Source: an uncultured virus (IMG/VR IMGVR_UViG_3300032092_000020) (taxonomy: Duplodnaviria > Heunggongvirae > Uroviricota > Caudoviricetes). Taken from it: DNA of 64,000 nt. The notes under the pieces are model-generated. The model saw only the letters and a program-made list of their open reading frames with translations, did no database searches and was not told where the DNA came from. This document shows, one piece after another, positions 37,013 to 47,043 of this stretch. The stretch's first letter is position 1, and each line of letters opens with the position of its first letter. The translations under genes and the position numbers were made by a program. The stretch lies in IMG/VR virus record IMGVR_UViG_3300032092_000020. The stretch is one strand, 5' to 3'.

Positions 37013-37192
37013 ATGACACCCCAAGAGCACTACGAAGAAGCCGAGGAGATGCTCGGGCGAGCGTTCGCTTCCACCAATGACGACGCCTTCCGCGCGTTCT
37101 CCACTCGCGCCCAGGTTCACGCAACCCTGGCGCTGGCCGGGTTCACTCGCGACGCCACTATCGCGCGCCGCGGGGTAGGAGGTCCGGGATGA
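37013..37192 (+). CDS. Small helical protein (AQVHATLA motif)
   Basis: AAGGAG RBS; MTPQEHYEEAEEML. Confidence 0.65.
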   Translation: MTPQEHYEEAEEMLGRAFASTNDDAFRAFSTRAQVHATLALAGFTRDATIARRGVGGPG

Positions 37193-37842
37193 CCACGCTG
37201 GAAGAACGGATCGCTGAGGCGATGCGGCCCACATTCCTTGAATGGCAACTCCACTACGGGCACCCCGCCGAACAGGCGACGCTGATTCTCGGTGACCTCG
37301 CCCGCGCTGTGGTCGCGGTTCTCCCGACTGCCGACGTGAGCGACGAAGCGATCATGGAGGCGCTATCCGTTGACCTGTCGGCGTTCCCCGACTTTGGGGC
37401 TATCAACAGGGCGCTGGTGGCGAACGTCCGCGCCCTTCTCGACGCTCAGGCTGCCGCCCACGCCGCCGAAGTGGGCGACGGTTGCCGATGCCTTCACTGT
37501 GAGAAGCGCCCCGAATGGTTGGAACCGAACAGCCACAGCCGCGAGAAGTGCCTGCGCTGCGGGTGGGTGATGGGTTCGCCTCCGCTCAACTGTCAGAACG
37601 ACGACACCCCGCACCGTTTCGCTTCTACTGAGGCCGAAGTGGAGGCGCTGCGGGCTGAGGTTGAGCGGGCACGCGGCGACGCTAAGGCGTGGCTCGATGA
37701 GCGGGGCAACGCTGAGTGGCAAGCGATGACCGCCGACCGTGACGCCTACCGTGCCCGCATCGACGCGGTACGGGCGCTGTGCGATGAGTCGAACGATGAA
37801 CTGATCGACGCTATCCGCGCCGCCCTGGACGACGACGCGTGA
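37189..37842 (+). CDS. Hypothetical protein with Cys cluster and coiled coil
   Basis: ATGA overlap. Confidence 0.7.
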   Translation: MTTLEERIAEAMRPTFLEWQLHYGHPAEQATLILGDLARAVVAVLPTADVSDEAIMEALSVDLSAFPDFGAINRALVANVRALLDAQAAAHAAEVGDGCRCLHCEKRPEWLEPNSHSREKCLRCGWVMGSPPLNCQNDDTPHRFASTEAEVEALRAEVERARGDAKAWLDERGNAEWQAMTADRDAYRARIDAVRALCDESNDELIDAIRAALDDDA

Positions 37843-37962
37843 GTGAGTTCACTGAGTCGATGTCCTTCGTCCTGGCCCCCGTGCGCTTTTTACTCATCGC
37901 AGCCTTTATCAGCATCCTGGCGTTCCGTGCCGCACAATGGCTACTAGACCGAAGAGGCGACA

Positions 37963-38220
37963 ATGACTAGACGCAAGCGAACCATCATCCACGTTAACCA
38001 GCACGCGATCAAGCGGAACCGAAAGAACCCCGACTCCCCGCCCGAACCCGTGCTCACCGTCAAGACTTACAACTCGAACGATTACGCGCACGCGGTTCGC
38101 ATCCACGGACCAAGCGAACTCGTGTATCGTCCAGAGAACCCACTTTCTTGTGGCGCCCGCGTGTGGGTCGAGACCTACTCAGAGGTCGAGATCATCGATC
38201 AAACTAGCGAGAAGGAGTAA
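37963..38220 (+). CDS. Hypothetical protein, paralog of 17857-18075
   Basis: IIHVNQH...PLSCGARVWVET. Confidence 0.8.
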   Translation: MTRRKRTIIHVNQHAIKRNRKNPDSPPEPVLTVKTYNSNDYAHAVRIHGPSELVYRPENPLSCGARVWVETYSEVEIIDQTSEKE

Positions 38221-38222
38221 TC

Positions 38223-38561
38223 ATGCCGTCAGTTGACCGACCCTTCCAGTACGGTGACCGTGTATCGTTGCTGGGGATCATCTCCAACTCTCCCACCTTG
38301 AGTGTGGCTCCGTCGGTCATCATCCAGGGTCTAAACCGTACGTACGAGGTCGTCGTTACTCCGGGGGATCTGACTCTGGATACCCCCTCCCCCTCCGTGA
38401 TTGCCGCGGGGAAGACCCTGACGGCGCTCTGGGCCGGACGCCCGTTCTCCGGCGAGGTCTGGGAAGAGGATAACCTGCTTTACGTCGGATCGACGATCGT
38501 CCGCTTTGCTGACGGGAGCATCCCTCACCTGCTTACTGACGTCGTCTGCGAGCCGTTATGA
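38223..38561 (+). CDS. Hypothetical protein
   Basis: AAGGAG RBS. Confidence 0.65.
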   Translation: MPSVDRPFQYGDRVSLLGIISNSPTLSVAPSVIIQGLNRTYEVVVTPGDLTLDTPSPSVIAAGKTLTALWAGRPFSGEVWEEDNLLYVGSTIVRFADGSIPHLLTDVVCEPL

Positions 38562-38576
38562 AGACTAAGACAGGAG

Positions 38577-39200
38577 ATGACAGTGACTGACGCGAGCACA
38601 TCGCCCGCATTCGTGCCACCTCCGGACCTCAACGAGACCGCACCTGACACCGCCGATAAACTCACTGCTCTGCTTCCGCTGATTGGCATCATGGCGCGAG
38701 AGCAGACACACAGGGCTGCTGACCTCTATGACGACGCAAGGCAAGAGGCACTTATTGCCGCATGGCGTGTCCTAGTGACACAGCCTACTCGGCCCAACGC
38801 GTACATCACTAAGGCTGCACGTCGTGCAGCCGCGGACGTCGTCCGCCGTCGTCCTATGACCGGAGAACCCCGGCACCAGGGGAAGCAAGACGCCACCGAC
38901 GCGGCAACCCTTCTTGATCCTGAAACTCTTCCTGACTTTAGTGACCCTACTTCGTCACATGCCCCAGACGAAGTCGATGCTCGCGAGACACTCCGTCCCC
39001 TCATCAGGGCTGTTCGAGACTTCACGACGGCTGATCGCGAGTACATTTTTGCGCGATTCTGGCAGGGGAAGACGGCAGCGGAGATCGCGGACGAGCGCGG
39101 AGTTACTGCGCGCGCGATTGAGCATCGTTGGACCCACGTTCTACGCCCAGTGCTCGTGCGCAATCCGGAAATCCTATCGCTGTGGGCATTACGTAACTAG
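38577..39200 (+). CDS. ECF/sigma-70-like factor
   Basis: DDARQEALIAAW region 2; RE..F.RFW.GKT.AEIA..RGVT..AI region-4 HTH. Confidence 0.75.
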   Translation: MTVTDASTSPAFVPPPDLNETAPDTADKLTALLPLIGIMAREQTHRAADLYDDARQEALIAAWRVLVTQPTRPNAYITKAARRAAADVVRRRPMTGEPRHQGKQDATDAATLLDPETLPDFSDPTSSHAPDEVDARETLRPLIRAVRDFTTADREYIFARFWQGKTAAEIADERGVTARAIEHRWTHVLRPVLVRNPEILSLWALRN

Positions 39201-39303
39201 CCACACGACCCAGACAACATAACAAGGTCAACTTCGCGCTTGACTACTCCTTTACGAGTAGGTAGTCTGCCCTAAAGAACCCCATCAATCGAAAGGATCC
39301 AGC

Positions 39304-39738
39304 ATGTCGAAGAAAACCAAAGCACTGCGTCGTAAGCACGAGGAGTACGTCAAGGCCACGAACGTCCTCCTCGACATCGGACAGCGGGCGGAGGACTACT
39401 ACCTCCACGACATTCGCGAGTTATCGCGCACCCAAGATGAGGTTCGCCAGCGATGCGCCGAAGTTCAGGCGCTCAGCGACACCTCCGACCTCTTCCGCCT
39501 TGCTTACGAGATGGGACAGCGCGACCTCGCCAACGAGATTGTCGACATCCTAGTTCCCCCCGCCACCACGACCACGCTCACCCTTCACACCGCGGACTCT
39601 GTCACCACCAGCGCGAACTCTCCGAAGGACGTTTCTTGGGCTATCACGAGTCCGACCTTGCCCCCCACGACGTACGTCTATGTGAACGGGATCTGGCATC
39701 GTGACGTAGACGGAGAACTGGTCCCACTTGACGAGTGA
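39304..39738 (+). CDS. Hypothetical protein
   Basis: GAAAGGA RBS; TTGACT promoter at 39240. Confidence 0.7.
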   Translation: MSKKTKALRRKHEEYVKATNVLLDIGQRAEDYYLHDIRELSRTQDEVRQRCAEVQALSDTSDLFRLAYEMGQRDLANEIVDILVPPATTTTLTLHTADSVTTSANSPKDVSWAITSPTLPPTTYVYVNGIWHRDVDGELVPLDE

Positions 39739-39792
39739 CCGAGGTATACGCTACGCTAAACTCCTCAACCTCAGACGAAAGGACAAACTCCA

Positions 39793-40473
39793 ATGATTCG
39801 CCGACTCATCCCGCTTGCTCTGGCCGCCGCCTTGGTGCCAGCCGTACTGTCCACAGCCGCCGCGGCCCCCTCCGTTGTCTTCGCCGTCCCCACCGGACAC
39901 GCTCCTGGTGGTCCCGCGAACAACCAGACCAGCACCTGGGAGGAGGCGCTTGATCTCCCCGAGGGCGCGTGCCAGAAGGTCAACGACCCTGGAGGGGCCA
40001 CGTACCTCGTCACCGCACCCTACGGGACGGTCATCGTCAAGGCTGGCTCGGACCAGAGCGCTCTTGCCCCCAACACCATCTTCTCGGACGTGACCGCGGG
40101 GCAGACCGTCTTTGCTGATTCCAACAAGACGTTCGTGTTCGACAAGGGCGACAAGGCGATCTCGCATGTCATCCTCTGCGCCCCCGGCCTTGTTCCTACG
40201 ACTACGCCGCCCCCCACCACCGCACCTCCGACCACCGCACCTCCGACCACCTCCACTCCTACGCCCACCGCACCTCCGACTACCGAGGTACCGACCTCTA
40301 CGGCGCCCGCTCCCACGAGCAACGCACCCGAGTCCTCGCCCAGCATCACCACCACTCCCATTTCCTCGCTCCCGGCGACGGGATCTGACACGCAGACCGC
40401 GGTGCTACTCGCGCTCGCGCTGATCGTCGGCGGAGCGATCCTGTACTTCGTAACACGCCGCGGGGGTCACTGA
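39793..40473 (+). CDS. Secreted LPXTG-type cell-wall-anchored protein
   Basis: Signal peptide, P/T-rich linker, LPATG + TM + RR tail. Confidence 0.8.
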   Translation: MIRRLIPLALAAALVPAVLSTAAAAPSVVFAVPTGHAPGGPANNQTSTWEEALDLPEGACQKVNDPGGATYLVTAPYGTVIVKAGSDQSALAPNTIFSDVTAGQTVFADSNKTFVFDKGDKAISHVILCAPGLVPTTTPPPTTAPPTTAPPTTSTPTPTAPPTTEVPTSTAPAPTSNAPESSPSITTTPISSLPATGSDTQTAVLLALALIVGGAILYFVTRRGGH

Positions 40474-40790
40474 TGTCAGAGAGCCTGCGTTCCCGTGTGA
40501 TGGGCGAACTGATGTTTCGTCTCGAGAATCCTCTTGACTTCCTCCGGGGGTTCTACAACTCACCCGCGCGCAAGCAAGACGCCCCCTATGTGATCCCGAC
40601 CTCAGGGGAAGTGGCTGACGCCCTCCTCCCACTGATCCGTGACCTCCAGCGCGAGGTGCTCGACACGGCTCTCGCCTCGCTCGACACTCAGGTCAAGCAA
40701 TGTGACCCCGGCGATCCCTACGACCCGTACTACCGAGGCTTGTCCTTGAGCGTCAACATTCTCAGGGGAGAGTACGCAAAGTACCGCTAG
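40473..40790 (+). CDS. Hypothetical protein
   Basis: TGATG coupling. Confidence 0.6.
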   Translation: MSESLRSRVMGELMFRLENPLDFLRGFYNSPARKQDAPYVIPTSGEVADALLPLIRDLQREVLDTALASLDTQVKQCDPGDPYDPYYRGLSLSVNILRGEYAKYR

Positions 40791-40835
40791 TTGTGCTACG
40801 CTCCCCCCATCTTCCACCAACACGAAGGAGTTCGC

Positions 40836-41060
40836 ATGTCGATCCTACACAGCAGCAAGAAGTCTGAGACCATCTCCGCCGAAGGCACCCAGATTCAGAC
40901 CATCGACGGTCAGCAGTTCGAGGTCAAGATTGTCGCCGAGTTCGAGGTCACCCCTGGCGACGACTCCGACAACGAAGAGTTCACGGAAGACGACCACCCG
41001 ATCGTCCCCGACGATGAGTTCACGGGCGACGACTTCGACGAAGACGACGAAGACGCATGA
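40836..41060 (+). CDS. Very acidic small protein
   Basis: AAGGAG RBS; D/E-rich tail. Confidence 0.65.
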   Translation: MSILHSSKKSETISAEGTQIQTIDGQQFEVKIVAEFEVTPGDDSDNEEFTEDDHPIVPDDEFTGDDFDEDDEDA

Positions 41061-41198
41061 CCCTTGCGGAGGCGCTGAGCCAAGCCACAGCAGAGCACGC
41101 CGAGTTGCTTGCTCTTGGCTACGACGTTCCTTCGCTGCACGACCACCTACGCCTAGCCGCCGACCAGTTCTGGGCGGAGTATCCGGAGGATGCCACCG

Positions 41199-41486
41199 AT
41201 GTCTAACGACAGTGTTCGCACCGTCCGCGTGACTCTTTCGGACTCCAGCGAACGGGATCTCCCGGTGATGGACTACGTTCACTGGCTCGAGGGAGAGGTC
41301 GCCCTCCTCAACCAGGCGATCAAGGCTGTCGAGGATCGCGCCTCAGCGTGGGCCGGACTGGCTCCAGCCAATGACTGGGGCAACGACATTGGTGATACGG
41401 TCTACTCAGACGCGGGTCGCGCCATCCTGTACCTGATCAATCTGCGGCTCGAGGGCCGCACGCCGATCTCGGATGTAGTACGCTGA
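41199..41486 (+). CDS. Hypothetical protein
   Basis: GGAGG RBS. Confidence 0.6.
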   Translation: MSNDSVRTVRVTLSDSSERDLPVMDYVHWLEGEVALLNQAIKAVEDRASAWAGLAPANDWGNDIGDTVYSDAGRAILYLINLRLEGRTPISDVVR

Positions 41487-41513
41487 TACTCACATACCTG
41501 TCAGGAGATTACG

Positions 41514-42179
41514 ATGTCTGAGCCTTATCTCGCCCCTTCACTGTCGAACCTCCGCACTGAGGTCAACACCAGATGGCCGAAGCGCTCAAAGGCTTCCGAC
41601 GGCTGGCTTGGGGATCGTGCTCACCTGAGTCGGACCTCGGATCATAACGCCTCGGAAGAGCCCCCCGTTGGTATCGTGCGAGCGCTTGACGTCACGGCGG
41701 AGGGGATTGACCCCATGTATCTTGTGACCAAGGCAATCGCACATCTCTCCACTGAGTACGTGATCTACAATGACACTATTTGGTCTCGTGGGTACGGGTT
41801 CAGGCCACGCGACTACGCGGGAAGAGATCCCCACACTACCCATGTCCACGTGAGCATTCAGCATACGCGCATTGCCGAAAACTCGGGAGCGGTCTGGTTG
41901 GGAGAGGTTTGGCCGCTTCCGCTAGAGCACACTTTCGGATGCCGTGAATGTGTCTCTCCGATCTACGTATGGAGCCGCCGCCGTATTCACGACGGGACTG
42001 AAAACGCGCTTCACGCTTCCTGGGTACGGCGCATCCAAGGCGCCGTAGGCGTGACTAAGACCGGGATCTACGGTCCCCACACTCGCAACACGGTCTTAGC
42101 GTGGCAAAAGTCCATTCGGAGCACGAACCTCACCGGAAGGATTGGTCCAGCCGACGCCCGTCGCCTGGGGCTCCTGTGA
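41514..42179 (+). CDS. Putative endolysin-like peptidase with peptidoglycan-binding C-terminus
   Basis: SDGWLGD..H..R.SDHN, RALD, H..HVHVS; Q..G...G.YGP.T...V..WQ. Confidence 0.7.
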   Translation: MSEPYLAPSLSNLRTEVNTRWPKRSKASDGWLGDRAHLSRTSDHNASEEPPVGIVRALDVTAEGIDPMYLVTKAIAHLSTEYVIYNDTIWSRGYGFRPRDYAGRDPHTTHVHVSIQHTRIAENSGAVWLGEVWPLPLEHTFGCRECVSPIYVWSRRRIHDGTENALHASWVRRIQGAVGVTKTGIYGPHTRNTVLAWQKSIRSTNLTGRIGPADARRLGLL

Positions 42180-42577
42180 TCACCAGCGACGACCTCCTCC
42201 ACACGCTCGCGGTCCCTACGCGTCCCCTGCTGGACGCTCTGGCCGCCGAACTGGACTCATCCCGAACCACCCCCTCGGAAGTCTTCGGGGCGGTGTACCG
42301 GGCGCTGATGAACTCCGTCATCGCCGAGGAGGTCGACAACCGACCGATCGAGCAGCGAATCGTCGGGCGCAAGGTCCGTGTGGTTACCAACGACTTTGTT
42401 GGTGTGATCACGAGCAGCGCCAAGTATCCGGGCGAGGACAACACTGAGATCGTCGTGGCGGGACCAACAGACACCCCAGGGCGATACCACAACTACGCTA
42501 CGTACATCGAGGGCCCGGACGTCCTGGCTCGCACCGACGCCCCTGGCGAGTCCTACCTCGTGATCTTGGACGAATAA
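42176..42577 (+). CDS. Hypothetical protein
   Basis: GTGA overlap. Confidence 0.6.
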   Translation: MITSDDLLHTLAVPTRPLLDALAAELDSSRTTPSEVFGAVYRALMNSVIAEEVDNRPIEQRIVGRKVRVVTNDFVGVITSSAKYPGEDNTEIVVAGPTDTPGRYHNYATYIEGPDVLARTDAPGESYLVILDE

Positions 42578-42635
42578 GTACCCGTCCTCCTGCTAAACTG
42601 GGCAAGGAGCAGGTCGCCCAGACATGAGGACGTGA

Positions 42636-45600
42636 GTGATGACGTATAGTCTCGTCTCCTCGTCCTACGCCAACTACACCGCTCTCCGAGACGGTAATTC
42701 TACCTACCTAGACCTTATTTCTACGGTTATTGCCACAAGCCTTACTTCGTCGGGAGTCATCTCTCCAGCCACGATCAACTACTCGACCTCAAGCAGCGCT
42801 GAACTTCCGTCCGCTACCGGCACTGCGACCTCAGCCGCTTCCACGTCACCAGCGATCTCAGCCGCGCTAAGCAGCACGGCTAACCTCCCCTCCGACCTTA
42901 CCCGCTCCCAGTTCGACTCCGCGACGCTGTCCTCGACCCCCGCTTCGACCTCCGCCGTCGGCTACACCGCGGGCGCCTCAGCCACGTTGTCCTCCGAAGG
43001 TGTTGCAACATCCCAGATAAACGGTAATTTCTCCGCAGGCGCTGCCCTGACAAGTGCGCCCGCGCTCACCACCAACGGATTCGTCTCCCGCCCCACCACG
43101 GCTGCCCTCGCGTCAACCGCAGGGATCCCGTTCGACACCCTGATCGATCGCCCCACAACCGCAGCCCTCGCCGCGACCCCAGGCCAGTCCGCAACCGCGG
43201 TCCGCACCGTTCTAATCGACTCGGACCTGGTTGCGTCTGCTCCTCTTCTGTCGGACGTCACCACCGTAAGCCTGGTAGCCGCTGCGCTATCAGCAACTCC
43301 TTCGTCCACGTCTACATCCGATATAGATACTTTCGTAGGCGCGTCACTATCTTCGACCGCCGAGACCGTCAGCAGCATTGACGTTTTTTCTGTGGCCGAG
43401 GCCGTGCTGACGAGCACTCCATCCTCTACCTCTGATATCTCGAGCGCGATTGGTATCTCCTCTTCGCTCACCTCGATTCCGTCCAGTGTACCTAGCGCCG
43501 ATTTGGTACTCCCCACCACAGTAGACTTGACGTCCTCAGCGCAGATCACTAGCGAATCCGACCGACTTGCGGTAATTGATTCAGCGCTACTTTCCACGGC
43601 AACAATCTACTTCACCGCGATCAGGCTGTACAGCGACCTCGCAGGGCAACTCCCGTCATACGCTGCGCTAGTTGCAGAGATTCCTTCGTACGACAATCTA
43701 CTGTCCGCTGTAGAGACGATTTCCTCAAGTACAGTACCAACGGAAATTGCGTCGATCATTGTCGTTGACGCCGGGATACTGTCTGACTCACTCGCCGACC
43801 TGACCGCTGCGCCAGTACTGACTGCTGACGCAGGCGTCCAGGAAGACACCGACGCAGCGCTGTCCTCGTCCGCGTCAGTTAACTCGGACGCACTCGTCGA
43901 AAGGACAGTGACCGCTGATCTATCGAGCGACCCATCAATCACGAGCGCTACAGACGTCACTGGATTCACTGCCTCCACACTCGCTGTTTCCCCCACGCTG
44001 GTATGCGATGCCATAGCGACCGCGAGCGCAAGTGCCATCCTATCGTCTACTGCAACGATGCGTGCCGTCTCGGTGCGCTCCTACGACGAAACAGTAACGG
44101 CCTACTCCACGTATGAGACGCTCCTAGCGGAAGTTGCTGATTACGAAAACCTTGCCAAGGGCTTGATATTCGAGATTACGACAGACATCCCCTCCGCGGA
44201 AGGGACCATCTTTGCGGACACTGTCCGTACTCATTTCAGCGGAACAGACGGAACTGTCATTACCGCGGAGATCGTAGCCTCGATCGATGGTGGTGTCGAG
44301 GTCGCGTCTATCCTCTCTGCAACTCCCGGATCCACAGCGGATGTCACGCCGACCCGACTCACAGACGCCGCGCTCTCCGTCAGCGTAGACTTGACTGCTG
44401 CCTCCGCAGCGAGCCAATCGATCTCGGCGGAACTCACGGCAACTGGAACGATCCGATCCACCACGGTAGATGAGTACGTCGATCTCGAGGTCTCTTACGG
44501 CACCTATGCTGTACTGCTGGACGACGTTGTTGACTATCAGGGACTCCTGGTCGGATTGCAGAGTCGCTCGGCTGACGTGGTCCTGGGCTCAACTTCAATC
44601 CTCGATTCCGATCTCTCCGTAATCCGCAGCACAACCGCTGCACTTTCCGCGACTCCTGAACTCACTTCGGATGCGCTTCCGGCGGGATCCGCGGAGTCAG
44701 CACTCACCTCCAGTCCCGAACTTAGCGCCAACGCCGCTCTTCATCTCGCTTCGTCTACAGAATTATCTGCGACCGCCTCGCTGCGTACGGTTCTCGTTAC
44801 CACGTACGATGATGTGCTTAGTGGCTATCCTACCTACTCCGAACTCTCCACCGAGGTCCCGCAGTACGCCACACTGCTGACTGGGTTCCAAACTCGAACA
44901 GGCGATGCCACACTCAGCGCAACGGCTGACTTGCAGGTTGACAGTGTTTACGAGCAACTCACGCACATCGATTTTTACGCGACGACTACACTGACCTCAA
45001 CAGTCGAACGAGGATCGCTTCTCGACACCACCCTCACCTCGTCGTCGACACTGTCAGCAGATATAGACCGAGTGGCTGTTGCTGACGCTACCATTGCCGC
45101 CACGGGCGAACTCCGGCCCGCGATTGTTAACTCGTACATCGACGTCGCTGACTCCTATCCCGACTACGCGGCGCTCAACACTGAGGTCCAGACGTACGCG
45201 GCGCTCACACTCGACTACAAGTCTGTTGCAATTGACTCGACCCTTACTGCATCAAGCAATACCTTTACAGATGCCGTGTTCGAGACTACAGTCTCTGCCG
45301 ACTTCTCCGCAACAGGATCGATCCGAACTGGTCGCCCCGACTCGTACCTCGAAGTCGACGAGATGTACGGCACCTATGACGTCCTGCTCTTCGATGTACA
45401 AGAGTACTTCTGGCTCGAGCGCAATAGCGGGATCACCACCACAATCGAGGCAGATCTCTCCAGCACGGCCGACCTCGTCTCTGTTGCCGACGCGCTGTAT
45501 CTGGCGTCTGCGGACCTCGCTGCAACCGCTTCGGTGCGTACGGGCTACCACCAGTCTTACTCGGATATCGACTCTGGGTACCCAACCTATACGGAACTCG

Positions 45601-45953
45601 TTTTTGATGTTGGCCAATACTCCTGGTTGACGGGAGGCACCGGCTTCGTGTTTGGCGTCGAGTCCATTATGGTCGTCAGCGGCACCCTCCGGATTAACTG
45701 GGAACTTCCCGCGACTTACCAGCGGCTCACCTTCCTTCAGCCGGACTATCAGGGCGTCGAACTCGACTACGCGACCTACCAGGCGCTCGTTTCCGAGACG
45801 GAGATTCCCAGTACGCCCTCAGGAAACCCTCCACTGTCCTACTGGGATGGTAGCACCTGGAGATCTGGTACACTGCGGTATGCGGCAGATTCGTCTGCGT
45901 CTGATGGCACCCTGAACTACTGGGATGGCTCCCAGTGGATCCCGACTGCGTGA
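42636..45953 (+). CDS. Large S/T/A-rich repetitive virion (tail/fibre-like) protein
   Basis: 1105 aa; recurring Y..Y..L...V..Y..L units; YWDGS.W x2 at the C-terminus. Confidence 0.7.
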   Translation: MMTYSLVSSSYANYTALRDGNSTYLDLISTVIATSLTSSGVISPATINYSTSSSAELPSATGTATSAASTSPAISAALSSTANLPSDLTRSQFDSATLSSTPASTSAVGYTAGASATLSSEGVATSQINGNFSAGAALTSAPALTTNGFVSRPTTAALASTAGIPFDTLIDRPTTAALAATPGQSATAVRTVLIDSDLVASAPLLSDVTTVSLVAAALSATPSSTSTSDIDTFVGASLSSTAETVSSIDVFSVAEAVLTSTPSSTSDISSAIGISSSLTSIPSSVPSADLVLPTTVDLTSSAQITSESDRLAVIDSALLSTATIYFTAIRLYSDLAGQLPSYAALVAEIPSYDNLLSAVETISSSTVPTEIASIIVVDAGILSDSLADLTAAPVLTADAGVQEDTDAALSSSASVNSDALVERTVTADLSSDPSITSATDVTGFTASTLAVSPTLVCDAIATASASAILSSTATMRAVSVRSYDETVTAYSTYETLLAEVADYENLAKGLIFEITTDIPSAEGTIFADTVRTHFSGTDGTVITAEIVASIDGGVEVASILSATPGSTADVTPTRLTDAALSVSVDLTAASAASQSISAELTATGTIRSTTVDEYVDLEVSYGTYAVLLDDVVDYQGLLVGLQSRSADVVLGSTSILDSDLSVIRSTTAALSATPELTSDALPAGSAESALTSSPELSANAALHLASSTELSATASLRTVLVTTYDDVLSGYPTYSELSTEVPQYATLLTGFQTRTGDATLSATADLQVDSVYEQLTHIDFYATTTLTSTVERGSLLDTTLTSSSTLSADIDRVAVADATIAATGELRPAIVNSYIDVADSYPDYAALNTEVQTYAALTLDYKSVAIDSTLTASSNTFTDAVFETTVSADFSATGSIRTGRPDSYLEVDEMYGTYDVLLFDVQEYFWLERNSGITTTIEADLSSTADLVSVADALYLASADLAATASVRTGYHQSYSDIDSGYPTYTELVFDVGQYSWLTGGTGFVFGVESIMVVSGTLRINWELPATYQRLTFLQPDYQGVELDYATYQALVSETEIPSTPSGNPPLSYWDGSTWRSGTLRYAADSSASDGTLNYWDGSQWIPTA

Positions 45954-45971
45954 CACCGAGGAGCACGACAC

Positions 45972-46547
45972 ATGCCCACCACATCTGGTGACAACCTCCG
46001 TTATCCCCTGCTTTCGGACACTCCCAACGTCCCGCGCGATCTCCAGTTCCTCGCTGAGGACGTTCAGGCCGCCCTTAACACCGCTCCTCGTAGGGGCTCG
46101 GCCGTGTCCGCCAGTTTTACGACCGACGCTGCGGTTGGCATCGCTGGTCCCACAGGCGGTTGGGTGGTCCCCACTGCCGACGGCTCCGGAGTCGGTCTGA
46201 CTTTCATCGCCCCTCCGAGCGGTCGCGTGTCTGTTACTGTTGAGGGTAACATCCAGACCGGAGGTCAGACTCAGGCGCACTTCCTTAGTTACTTTATGAA
46301 GACTGGCGCAACGATCGGATCAGGGACGACGTTCCTCAGCCCGATCGGTGCTCGCTCGGCAATCAACGGACCGAACGCCGCGCTGGCCGCCGGAGAGCGT
46401 TCCTGGGCTAAGTCCTCACAGACCTCGCTCATTACTGGCTTGACCGCCGGATCAACCTACAACGTATACTTCGTCAGCACCAACGAAGAGAGTGCCACTC
46501 TGAACGTCTCGTTCCGTCGTCTCACCGTCATTCCGATTCTTCTCTAA
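45972..46547 (+). CDS. Minor tail-like protein
   Basis: MPTT...LRYP..SD.PNVP.D.Q.LA.DV N-terminus; beta-rich. Confidence 0.65.
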   Translation: MPTTSGDNLRYPLLSDTPNVPRDLQFLAEDVQAALNTAPRRGSAVSASFTTDAAVGIAGPTGGWVVPTADGSGVGLTFIAPPSGRVSVTVEGNIQTGGQTQAHFLSYFMKTGATIGSGTTFLSPIGARSAINGPNAALAAGERSWAKSSQTSLITGLTAGSTYNVYFVSTNEESATLNVSFRRLTVIPILL

Positions 46548-46671
46548 GGAAGGCCCGCCACATGTCAGATCCCACCCAAGCCATCCCCGCCGTTTCCGCG
46601 GCTGTAGGCGCCTCGGCTGAGGTCACCCGACCTGACGCCATCACTTCCGAAACTCCTGAGGAGAACCTCTA

Positions 46672-47043
46672 ATGCCTGTTGGCCTGACCGCCTTCCAAGC
46701 GAACGCGTTCCTTACGTCCCTTCCTTCCGTCTGGGTCAAGTTGTACACAGGAGACCCAGGAGCGACAGGCGGAGTTAACGCCTCTACCGAAACCGGACGA
46801 AGGGCGCTCACTTTGCTTACCGCCTCTGGCGGCCAGCGCGCTATGACGACCCCGAACCCGTCGTGGACTTCGTGGAGCGCAGGTACTGCGACCATCTCCC
46901 ATATCGGAATCTTCGACAGCGTTGGTCCGACTGGCGGTAACTGTCTCTGGACCGGATCTTTGACTTTGTCGAAGACCGTGTCCAACGGCGATACGCTCAC
47001 TCTGACCTCGCTGACGTTCACCCTCACTCCGCTGGCGTCGTAA
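46672..47043 (+). CDS. Small virion structural protein
   Basis: L.TGDPG, TISHIGIFD...GGN.L, K.V..GD... Confidence 0.7.
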   Translation: MPVGLTAFQANAFLTSLPSVWVKLYTGDPGATGGVNASTETGRRALTLLTASGGQRAMTTPNPSWTSWSAGTATISHIGIFDSVGPTGGNCLWTGSLTLSKTVSNGDTLTLTSLTFTLTPLAS

